This document shows, one piece after another, positions 53,297 to 64,000 of a stretch of 64,000 nucleotides of DNA. The position numbers were made by a program, and so were the translations under genes. The stretch lies in contig OX597815.1 of NCBI GenBank assembly GCA_951406725.2, forward strand, positions 179,118,001-179,182,000, given 5' to 3'. Below the pieces are notes generated by a model that saw only the letters and a program-made list of their open reading frames with translations, was not told the DNA's origin and did no database searches. Source of the DNA: Octopus vulgaris (Eukaryota). The first letter of the stretch is position 1, and every line of letters begins with the position of its first letter.

Positions 53297-53699
53297 TTTG
53301 TTTTTAATGATTAGACTGCATGCAACTAAACCACAGTTCTTTCATTCCTCACAACACCCACCCTGTATAGTTTGCTCGCTTCTGCGCTCGTTCCTCTTGC
53401 AAAATCTGTCTCTTTATCTTACACCATCACTAACTTAGATCCGCCTAATTCATCTTTTCTTATCACCGACTGCGTCACCTCACCTCCATTAGGTACCAAC
53501 TCTGTGGTTCACTGTTTCTAAAGAAACTGACCGCCAGTATTTTGCCTGGGTGTTGGCGTTTCTTTGCCATGCATCTATATATGACTTATTAATTGCTGGT
53601 AGAGACACTACTATATTTCGTTGTGGAACCATAGGATACACCCGAATATATTACAAGTTTATAAGTCAGTATTGAGTCCTACTTTGTATTAGTAGTTTT

Positions 53700-54385
53700 T
53701 GCTAGCTCGCCGCCTTACCTTTCGTGCAAATATTTATTTCTTAATTGCCCATAGGGGGCTAAACATAGAGGAGACAAACAAGGATAGACAAAGGGATTAA
53801 GTCGATTACATCGACTCCAGTGCGTAACTGGTACTTATTTAATCGACCCCGAAAGGATGAAAGGCAAAGTCGACTTCGGCGGAATTTGAACTCAGAACGT
53901 AAAGACAGACGAAATGCCGCTAAGCATTTCGCCCGGTGTGCTAACGTTTCTCCCATATCACCGCCTTACCTTTCGTATAAATATTATTTTCTACTCTAGG
54001 CACAAGGCCCGATATTTTTAAGGAGGGGGCCAGTCGATTAGATCGACCTCAGTACGCAACTGGTACTTAATTTATCGACTCCGAACGGATGAAAGGCAAA
54101 GTCGACCTCGGCGGAATTTGAATTCAGAACGTAACGGCAGACGAAATACCTATTTCTTTACTACCCACATGGGGCTAAACACAGAGGGGGACAAACAAGG
54201 ACAGACAAACGGATTAAGTCGATTATATCGACCCCAGTGCGTAACTGATACTTAATTTATCGACCCCGAAAGGATGAAAAGCAAAGTTGACCTCGGCGGA
54301 ATTTGAACTCAGAACGTAACGGCAGACGAAATACAACTAAGCATTTCACCCGGCGTGCTAACGATTCTGCCAGCTCGTCGCCTTT
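53700..54385 (-). mobile_element. Cluster of SINE family C copies
   Basis: Three Meta-like cores. Confidence 0.88.
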
Positions 54386-54604
54386 AGGATGACAAAGATT
54401 GAGAGGGGAAGCTATGTTTGAAAATATATGTGTAGGAGACACTCAGAACGATTTCCTGAAATTAGGGGCTTCAGATGAAGGAATAATATTGTCGATTCCT
54501 TGGTTGTTGACCAATGCTGTTGGAAAGTTGTAAATGGAAAGGCATCGTTAGATAAACAATGTGATTATCAACTGGCGACATCTTTGAAGCATTTCTTCAG
54601 ATGT

Positions 54605-54749
54605 AGGCACAGACGAGGCTGTGTGGTAAGAAGTTTGCTAATCAACTAAGGGCTGCGGGCTCAGTCCCACTGCGTGGCACCATGTACTTTAGTCTTGGGC
54701 TGAGTTGTGTGTGGATTTGGTAGATGGAAACTGAAAGACGCCCGTTGTG

Positions 54750-54787
<38 letters not shown>

Positions 54788-55055
54788 TGTGTGTGTGTGT
54801 GTATGTGTGTGTATCTCTGTGTGTATGTATGTGTGTGCCTTTGTGTCTGCCTTTGTTCCTCACCATCGCTTGATAACCGGGGTTGGTGTATTTACGTCCC
54901 CGTAGCTTAGCGGCTCGGCGAAAGACACCGATGAAATAAGTACCACGGCAAAAAAAAAACAAACCAAAAAAACTTGCTGTGGTTGATTCGTTCGACTAAA
55001 ATCCTCTAGCATGGCCGCAAACTAAATAAATGATACACGTAAAAGATAAAAAGAT
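54605..55055 (+). mobile_element. SINE family B, diverged
   Basis: Head, internal microsatellite and tail all recognisable. Confidence 0.8.
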
Positions 55056-55139
55056 GGGAAAATGTCATTAAACGAAGATATGCACGCGCACACATCTGCA
55101 CACATAAACACTACCACACACACTCATGGAGACACGCAT

Positions 55140-55176
<37 letters not shown>

Positions 55177-55764
55177 CACACACCACACACACACACGCAC
55201 ACACACACACACCACACACACACACGCACACACACACACGCATCTACATTCCATTGGTTGTACAATCATGCATTGAGAGATAAGTCTGGAGCTTGTCTTT
55301 TCCTTTTATGCGAAATTCAGTGATCAGTCGGTGCTGGGTGAATAGTCAATCTCAGATAACAATAGTTGAAAGAAAAGCAATGCTTAAGATATATCAATCA
55401 TTTAAAGTTTATTTGTAGTAAATAAATAATCCACAGAATGAAGACTTTGTGACAAAGATAATATTCATGGAAACAAATAATCTGATGACGTTTATCCTGT
55501 ATAATTCATAGACATGTATTAGAATTTTCCGTTAGTTTAATCTCATATAGAAATATAAAAGATAGCAAAACAATGGACATATAACTCAAAGTTATCAGTC
55601 AACAGGCGCAGTCTCGTTGCTACAGGCGCTGGCGTGGCTGTGTGGTAAGAAGTTTGCTTCCCAACCACATGGTCCCGGGTTCAGTCTGTTATAGTCTCAG
55701 GCCGAGCCGACCAAAGCTTTGTGAGTGGATTTGGCAAACGGAAACTGAAAGAAGCACATATCCT

Positions 55765-56450
55765 GAAATGACATGATTTTTGCCCTTCGGCATGTTGAAG
55801 ATAAAGCACGTGAGAAAAATAGTGACCTGTACCTGGTCTTTATCGAATTGACCAAGGCCTCTGACACAGTGAATCGTAAGGCACCCTGGAAAATTTTGCT
55901 AGAAGTCGATCTTCCTGATAAAATGATAACGGTAATAGTATCTTTACACGAAGGAATGTTGGCAACAATGATATCTAACGGTCAATGTTCAGAGGCATTT
56001 TCTGTTTCTACCAGAACTAAACAGGGCTGTGTTTTAGCTCCTGAACCTTTTCGCCATATTCTTTTGGATGTTGCTCTAACATGCTTTTAAGGATTACGAC
56101 GGTGAAAAACTTCAGTTATGCATCAGAAAAAGGCCAGCTAAACCTAAATGGGAAAAAGCTTCAGATCAAAGAAAAAAAAGAACCCGGAAAGTGGTTCTAT
56201 GCAATTTTCTGTTCCTGATAATTGCGCTTTGATTTGTCATACATTTAAAGAAATTCAGCAAATTGGTGACATGTTTACTACCATAACTCGCGCATCTGGG
56301 TGACTAGCAACATTAAAAAGACTGAAGTTTTATTCCAACCAAAGCACGGGACAAAGCATACTCAAGATACAAATATGATGATTGACAATAAACCACTCAT
56401 TCGTTTTCAATTTCAGTTGCTTGTACAGTGCTTTATCTTTGTAATCTTTC
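55765..56450 (+). mobile_element. RTE-clade LINE RT fragment (preceded by a SINE B head at 55625-55756)
   Basis: DMIFALRHVEDKAREKNSDLYLVFIELTKASDTVNR..TKQGCVLAP. Confidence 0.85.
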
Positions 56451-56609
56451 ATCCTACACAAGCCTGAGCTTCTTACGTCTAATAATAGCGGTTCTGTGGC
56501 ATGTTTTACATACCATGCTATGCTATTTTCTTTTGCTCTAATGCTGTGTTCGCATCCAATAAGTCTTCTTCCCTATCTTTTTCTTGGTACATACAGTTTG
56601 TAAGTGTCA

Positions 56610-57027
56610 CTATTTATTTCTTTATTGCCCTCAAGGGGCTAAATATAGAGGGGACAAACAAGGACAAAGGGATTAAGTCGATTACATCAATCCCAGTGCG
56701 TAACTGGTACTTTATTTATCGACCCCGAAAGGATGAAAGGCAAAGTCGACCTCGGCAGAATTTGAACGCAGAACGTAGCGGCAGACGAAATACCTATTTC
56801 TTTACTACCCACAAGTGACTAAACACAGAGAGGACAAACAAGGACAGACAAACGGATTAAGACGATTACATCGACCCCAGTGCGTAACTGGTACTTAATT
56901 TATCGATCTCGAAAGGATGAAAGATAAAGTCGACCTCGGCGGAATTTGAACTCAGAACGAAACAGCAGACAAAATACGGCTACGCATTTCGCCCGGTGTG
57001 CTAACGTTTCTGCCGGTTCGCTGCCTT
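56610..57027 (-). mobile_element. Dimeric SINE family C, abutting the R4-like LINE
   Basis: Two Meta-like cores. Head ends at ..ttcgctgcctt. Confidence 0.85.
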
Positions 57028-58900
57028 GTCTGTGTCACTTTTTGGCTGGAGTGTCCCATATCTAGTTAACAACTTACTTATCTTTCTGTCTACGCTGTTT
57101 TGTTCGTCTACTGTCCATATGATTACTCCTGCTCCATATCTAAGGAGTGAAACCGCCCAGGTGTTGATAGCTTCAATCTTATTCCGTCCATTTAGTTTCG
57201 ACTTTAGGATCAGTCCCAGTCGGCGCAAGTACTCCACCTTAAATTTTTCTGTAGTTTCTTTATTCATCTGTAATTTCTTTATCCATTTCTGTAATTTCTT
57301 TATCCATTTCCAAAATCTCCAAGTATTTATTGCCCGTCTCTTCTATCGGCTTCATAACCTCCCCCGATGGTATCGATAGCCCGACCATACATTTGATTTT
57401 GCCACTCTTCAAGACTAACATACAACACTTTCTCAGTCCGAATTCTATTCTGATATCAACACTGAAAGTATACACCGTATCAACAAGGGAACTGACTTGG
57501 GCTTCATTTTTACCACAAAGTTTGAGGTCATCCATGAATAACAAAAGGTCGACTTTTTGTTGGCGGCTTTTGAATAAATACCCAACTTTTGCTTTCCTCA
57601 GAATCAGTGTTAGTGGTATCAAGCACAGTACAAAGATCAGTGGGGACAGGCAGTCCTCTTGGAAGATGCCCCGTCTGATTTCTACTGTTCCTAAATTTCT
57701 TCCGTATGCTGTCAGATCCGCCCTCCAGTTTCGCTATACTTTTTCCAAGCAGTCGCTCAACATTCGGTGTAATACCAAATAGGTTCATACATTCCATTAT
57801 CCAAAAGTGTGGGATCATATTATACGCCTTACGATAGTCGATCCATGGCATGGCTAAGTTACTTTTCCTCTTCTTGCAGTCTCTAGGTACAGTTTTGTCT
57901 ACCAGGAGTTGATCCGTGGTACCTCTGCACTTACGCTTGCAACCCTTCAGTTCATGTGGCAGGACTCCATCTTTTTTCAGATGTTCGTACATTGACTCTG
58001 CAAGTATTCCAGTCAATAACTTCCACATAAGTGGCAAACAAGATATCGGCCTGTAATTGTCTGCCGTATTGCCTTTTTCGATGTTTTTCAAGCACAGCAC
58101 TGTCCTACCCAATTTCAACCATTCTGGTGTTATTTGGTCGGCATTTAACAAGGTGTTGAGTTGCGCAGCTATTCTTGCATGACATTCACCAACTCTTTTG
58201 ATCCAGTAGCCTTGAACTCCATCTGGTACCGAAGCCTTCCAGTTGCTCATTGTTTTGCTGATTTCCTTCACTTCCTTAACTGAAATTATTAGTTCTGCCT
58301 GTTTTGGAAAGACTACTGTTTGTTTCAGTTCTTGCAACCACTCAGCATCCTTCTTATGCTCTTTGACTTTGCTCCAGATGTCACTCCAAAACCTTTGACT
58401 TTCAAAGTTATCTGGTATCAACTTTTCATCTGTACACTCTCCATTTATTTCTTTATAGAATGTCTTCTGATCTACTCTGAATAACCTATTCTGGTGGTAA
58501 CCCTTCATTCTTTGGTCGTATCTTACCATCTTTGCCTTCTTTGCAATGAGGCGCTCTTTCAATTCCCCCACTACTACTTTCAGGCCCTTTCTTTCAATAT
58601 TATACTTCCTTTTCAGCGCCCTATATTTTTGTTCGCTTTTAAGCTCCCCTTTCTCTTTTCGGTCTAATACAGAAATTTCCTTCGAGAGCATAACTAACCC
58701 TGCATGTATTCTTCTTTTCCACTATGGATCTTTTCTTTTCTCACTCCCATTATATTTCTTTTTTCCTGACATCGACACCCACATTTTCTGCAACAACAAT
58801 ACTTGCTGCCTTGATAAAATTATTTGTTTCTGTGATGTTGTTTGTTCTGCTGTATTTCAGAATTTCATAGACCTTTTTCGTTTCTTGGTTCAATTTACAT
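57027..58900 (-). pseudogene. R4/Dong-like non-LTR retrotransposon, frameshifted RT
   Basis: NWKASVPDGVQGYW, NYRPISCLPLMWKLLT, GTTDQLL, WIDYRKAY, LLFMDDLKL and KIEAINTWAVSLLRYGAG across ORFs 57528-58691, 57260-57622 and 57001-57267. Confidence 0.9.
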
Positions 58901-59139
58901 ATGTACGAGACGCAACGAAAAGTTTGGAAAAAATAAATACCTAAATGGGTGGAAATCGAACCGGCGAGTGTGTTACATAATAAGGCGCTAAAAGAGAATG
59001 ACTCTCCCCAGACGCAATAATATATATATCTATATCATAAGGATAAAAGCATTATAAAGATTTTATCAGGTGGCCAGCATGTAATAAAAAACCATATCGG
59101 TACCAATTAATACCAATATATAATTATATATTAGTATTA

Positions 59140-59185
<46 letters not shown>

Positions 59186-59210
59186 GTATATACATATGTA
59201 TGTATGTATG

Positions 59211-59279
<69 letters not shown>

Positions 59280-59702
59280 TTATATTAGACAATAGTGTTA
59301 AGATATTTAGGACAGTGAGCATTAGAAAGCCAACTGGAATTACTATGTGCTGATGCAAAATAACAGTCTATAGTCACTGATTAATATTCGATTTTACAAA
59401 TTTGCCTTTATGACGATGCAGCAGATATGATTTCCATCTGCACATTGAGCTCTGCGAAAAGCGTTTGGACACCAGGAATACAATTAGATAGAATTAAAAA
59501 TTCCAATTTATACTTTTTCTCACGTAGTTGATAGGTAAGGTATTGGACAAAAATAATTTGCTTTTCAAATTGTAAAGATTTGCATAGATAATTGTCTGGA
59601 AGTAAGCATTTGGTTTTGGTAGCTCACTTGGCATAATAAAATGATCTTACTGGCTTCTGGCTTAACAATGTCGTCTGTTTTGCAATTTTGTTAATATATG
59701 TA

Positions 59703-59743
<41 letters not shown>

Positions 59744-60641
59744 ACAAATTGTATATATGCATATATACAATTAGCGCACACAAATTTTATACATACATAC
59801 TATGTCAGAGTAGTTAGTTTTCGTGAAGCTTTAAAATAACTGTCATCTTTTAAATGAGACTATCCGGACTTTCTCTCTCCCTCCCTCTCTCTCTCCCTCT
59901 CTCTCTCTCTCTCTCACATATACAGACACCCGAACTTACACGAATGCATTTATACAGACTGTTATTATGTATTTTTCTGTACTCGTATGTTAGCAAGTGT
60001 CTCTATAAGCACATCGATTATTATCATTTTGTTTTTCTTCTTTTAAATGCCAAATGCATTAACAGATAATAAATTGTTGAATTTTAGAAACATTTCTGAA
60101 CTACAGAATTTGCTTACCAAATGTTTCCATGATAATTGCAAAAGAAATAAACAACAAACAGAGAAGATAACAATAATAAAAAAGACAATAATAATAATAA
60201 GACCAACACTAGAAGAAGACATTTACGACAATGAGACCATGTCTCCATAGTAACGAGAGATGACGACGATGTTAATGATGATAACGATGCGTTAACTGAC
60301 TGGACAATTGAAAATGAAATATCACTTGAATGGCCGGACGCAATGCAGCACTGGCGTCAGATACGCAAAGTGTATCTAGGACCTGTTCGGCATTATAAAG
60401 ACATAATTAAAAGAGTGACGTACTGAATGATAAAAGGACATCATTCTCAATAGACTGGAGTTCCGTCAATGCAAGCAGAAGGACAAAATCTTGGGTAGTT
60501 TTTTAGGAGTTGTCGAAGATATGGGGAAAAAATTATATAGTTAATCCAAACATGAAAACACAAAGAGAAAACACAACAATGCGAGGACGTGGACCAAGTG
60601 TAGTGTTATTGGACGCTCAGGAAAGGAAAGAAAGAAGGAAG

Positions 60642-60676
60642 ATTTAACGTTTCGAGCGGAGCTCTTCGTTAGAAAC
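60642..60676 (-). ncRNA. Decayed hammerhead in PLE-like segment 60540-60750
   Basis: Minus strand: GTTT-CTAACGA-A-GAGC-tcc-GCTC-GAAA-CG-TT-AAAT (G5 changed to A). Confidence 0.5.
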
Positions 60677-61660
60677 ATAGGAAAAGGGAAGATCTGAGGA
60701 AGAGAAGACGGAGGAAAAATATCGCCAACGATACACACGCGGTCACATTTTGAATATATATATACGACAGGCTTGTTTCAGTTTCCGTCTACGAAATCCA
60801 ATCACGAGGCTTTGGTCGGCCCGAAGTTGTCACGCAGAGTCGGACTGAACTCGGAACCAAGTTCAGTTCGAGCAGCCACGTGCTTATATATAACATAAGT
60901 GTTGCAGGGAACAAGGCAGGTGCAACAGCATTTCTATAGAGCTGGATCAGTTGTGCAAATATTTTTTTAACGCACAAACGTCGTCTTATTATTCCAAGTC
61001 AAATACGCCCTCGAAGACGTTTCCCACCACAACCGTTGCTTACTCGTTCCTCGTGGTTGATAAAACAAGTACCAGTTATAAACTGCTTTTAGTTCAGTTA
61101 TCTCTACAGAACTGTAATGTGTCAGTCATTCCTGTCAAAGCTATCTCGAAGTAGGATCGATATTAGATACATTATTTAACTGTACTTGAGGTACTTTAAG
61201 CTCGTTAGAATACGAATGAGAAAATATAAAACAAACTTTGCGAAAAATTCAACACAAATCCTGAAATAATTAATGATAAATAAAAATCTCTCTTAAACAG
61301 CAAAACTCCTCTCGATATTTTTTAAATAGTTTTTATGATATTACTTTTTACATAACGTTGAATAATTGAGAAGTATATATTGAATTGAGAACACTTTATC
61401 ACGTATATTAAGGATATACACTACCGCGACATATCACGCGTGTTTACACCTGCGTTGCACATTTTTAATGCGTGTGGAAGTTACATTCGGCTTTACTAAT
61501 GTTTAGCATTTGAATTGAATAATTTTTAGTTTTGTTCAAATAATTTTTACAATTCCGGGCTGGCTACGGAAGCACGAACATGACAATAAAAATATATTTT
61601 AACAAATTTTTATTAAGCATTTGATCATAGTCTGTTCCGTTCTGAAATAACATGATGGTA

Positions 61661-61890
61661 TGGCGGCGAGGTGGCAGAAACGTTAGCACGCCGGGCGAAA
61701 TGCTTAGCTGTATTTCGTCTGCTGTTACGTTGCGAGTTCAAATTCCGCCGAGGTCGACTTTGCCTTTCATCCTTTCGGGGTCGATAAATTAAGTACCAGT
61801 TACACACTGGGGTCGATGTAATCGACTTGATCCCTTTGTCTGTCCTTGTTTGTCCCTTCTATGTTTAACCCCTTGTGGGCAATAAAGAAA
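61661..61890 (+). mobile_element. SINE family C
   Basis: ggcggcgaggtggcagaaacgttagcacgccggg head and Meta-like core. Confidence 0.88.
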
Positions 61891-61924
61891 TATGAAATAA
61901 CATGGTGGTTCATTCATATCAATC

Positions 61925-62266
61925 TTTTTTTTCTTTTATCGTTTACTTGTTTCAGTCAAAAGACTGTGGCCATGCTGGGGCACCACCTTGAAGAACTTTA
62001 GTCGAACGAACTGACCCCCAGTATTTCCTTTTTTTACAAGCCTGGTAAATCGGCGTCTTTTGTCGAACTGCTAAGCTACAGGGGCAAACACACACAATCG
62101 TACGACGAGCTTCTTTCAGTTTCCCTCTACCAAATTCACTCACAAGGCTATAATCCTCCCGAAGCTATAGTAGAAGACACCCGGCCAAGTTGTCAGGAAG
62201 AGGGACAGAACCCAGAACCATGTGGTTGGGAAGCAAACTTCTTAACCACACAGCCACTCCTGCATC
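61925..62266 (-). mobile_element. SINE family B, diverged
   Basis: Tail, body and head recognisable in reverse. Confidence 0.8.
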
Positions 62267-63507
62267 TATTTCATTTCTCTCAAATTTTCTTGAGCGTTTT
62301 CAAAAACCATGGAGCTTCACAAACCACACTTATTGTGTATTCACGCTAAACTAACAACAAAATATAGATCAACCATGGAACATGAAGTAATGTACTTCAT
62401 GTAGCAATCAATTTGCTACATGGTCTCAATATTCGTCTGAAAATAATCCACTTGAAATATACAGCTAATGAACTTGAGAAAAGTATGCGCATCACGTTGT
62501 CTCATTCGTTTATCTCAATAAATAAATAATTAAATAAATAAAGGAATGCTTATACCAAAAAGTAGTATCCACTTTTTTTGTGTCGCTGTAAGATGTTTTG
62601 TTACAGTCTGATAGGTAGAGGAGGATATTTCTTCTGCGCATGCTCCGCGACCCAATGATCTACTATGATCTGTGTGAGATATTTAGATATGCTAGGAGAA
62701 AAAAATATTAAAAAACATGAAATATATGAAATATATTTTTCATTAAAATATTGCAAAATATAGTCGTAAACTTGTCAACTAAAGTTAATTTAGAGCGACA
62801 AGTGACAGTGATTTGTACATATTAATTCATTTACGGTAAATATTACCAATAAGAATGAATATATTTATTCCGTAGAATCGTAATAATGATGGCTGCAAAT
62901 CTGAAAGTGAACTAGGTCTAGCGTTAAAAAGTGATGATACGGCCTAATTGCCAATATTTCGACAGTTATTTAAATTTTAGTGTCTCTCGAGCCGCAGACG
63001 AGAATCAAACATCCTTATTGTCGGTTGTGAGAAGAGAAATATTTTGGAAGAAACAATGGTATGTAGTTATTAAAAGCGATATCTATTTTACATTTAAACA
63101 TCCATATTTTCAAAAAAAGTTATTTTAAAAGTTTGACAGAACAGCAATTGAAGTACAGGCAATATTTTTTAAAAATACTTTGAGAGTTTCTGAAAAATGT
63201 TCAAATCACTTCACTTCAAATTTCTGAAATGGTTGTACAGAAACGAAAGCAGACTCTTTACTTAAGTAAATTATTCTGAATGTCGAAAGACGATTAAAAA
63301 CATGTTAGAAAACGAAACGGAACAAGAAATAAACAAAATTAACCCCTCAAATACAGTTTATTGAGGAATTATGGTGCTACCTGCAGATGCCGGAAAAAAT
63401 GTACAGAATGAACCAGAATTCAATTCACAGGCTAACGACTCTACTGACTCGTAACAAAACACAATTCCTTTCAGTGTTTGTTTCTCAGATAAATGCCGAA
63501 CAGTTAT

Positions 63508-63552
63508 TCTGTGCTGACGGAAGGAAATAACCCAGGAATCGCGATACACAGA
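63508..63552 (+). ncRNA. Decayed hammerhead, homolog of 48765-48810
   Basis: TCTGTG-CTGACGG-aaggaaataaccca-GGAA-TCGCGA-TA-CACAGA. Perfect 6-bp stem I and palindromic helix III. Confidence 0.55.
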
Positions 63553-64000
63553 TATTGTTTTGTGCTGAGTGGGGATGCTAAACTCCCTTGTCCGAAAATA
63601 TAAGGACATTGATAGTGTGTCGTATAGCCAGCTGGAGACGATGTTTCCTGGGGCTAAATAACAGTAATATTCGTCCTAAACCAGGACTGCCATGTTATGT
63701 TGGCAAATAAACTTTACTCTAGAGTACTGTTACTGAATGTCTTTCGTTGAGAGATTTACAAATAGAAATGTCTATTTTTTATTTTCCAGGACTGCCACGT
63801 CATGTCGGCAAATAATCTTTACCCATATTCGTTTTCTTTACTGCAAAAGAATGAAACGTACGACAAGAGGTCATATATCTCTGATATTTTATCTACTAAT
63901 TTTGAAAATGTGGATGAGCATAGAAAGTAATTTGTAATGATGGACTGGATGGGGTCTGTCCTGTTAAGTTTCAGTAAACAGCTCGGCAGAAAATTTTTAA

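Overview
Eukaryotic, AT-rich, repeat-saturated DNA with no recognisable intact host protein-coding gene. The SINE families and extreme (TA)n/(CA)n/(TATG)n density resemble an octopus-type mollusc genome (inference), probably intronic or intergenic. The window contains dozens of copies of at least three tRNA-derived SINE families and decayed LINE fragments (CR1/L2-like, L1/Tx1, RTE, R4/Dong-like). It also has two internally deleted mariner elements, two short Helitrons, MITE/foldback elements and Penelope-like (PLE) retroelement remains (an RT fragment and a GIY-YIG fragment). The main hidden signal is about 20 minimal type I hammerhead ribozyme motifs from roughly ten different repeat families, found by eye. 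Nearly all have the tiny palindromic helix III typical of PLE ribozymes, and several have unusual cores (U3-A8 covariation, U6 variants, very long stem II). They mostly sit in or beside microsatellites, often in inverted or tandem arrangements. The clearest case is a near-identical 560-bp tandem array with one ribozyme per unit (retrozyme-like). Most ORFs in the supplied track are microsatellite artefacts. Repeat boundaries are approximate unless termini or TSDs are quoted.
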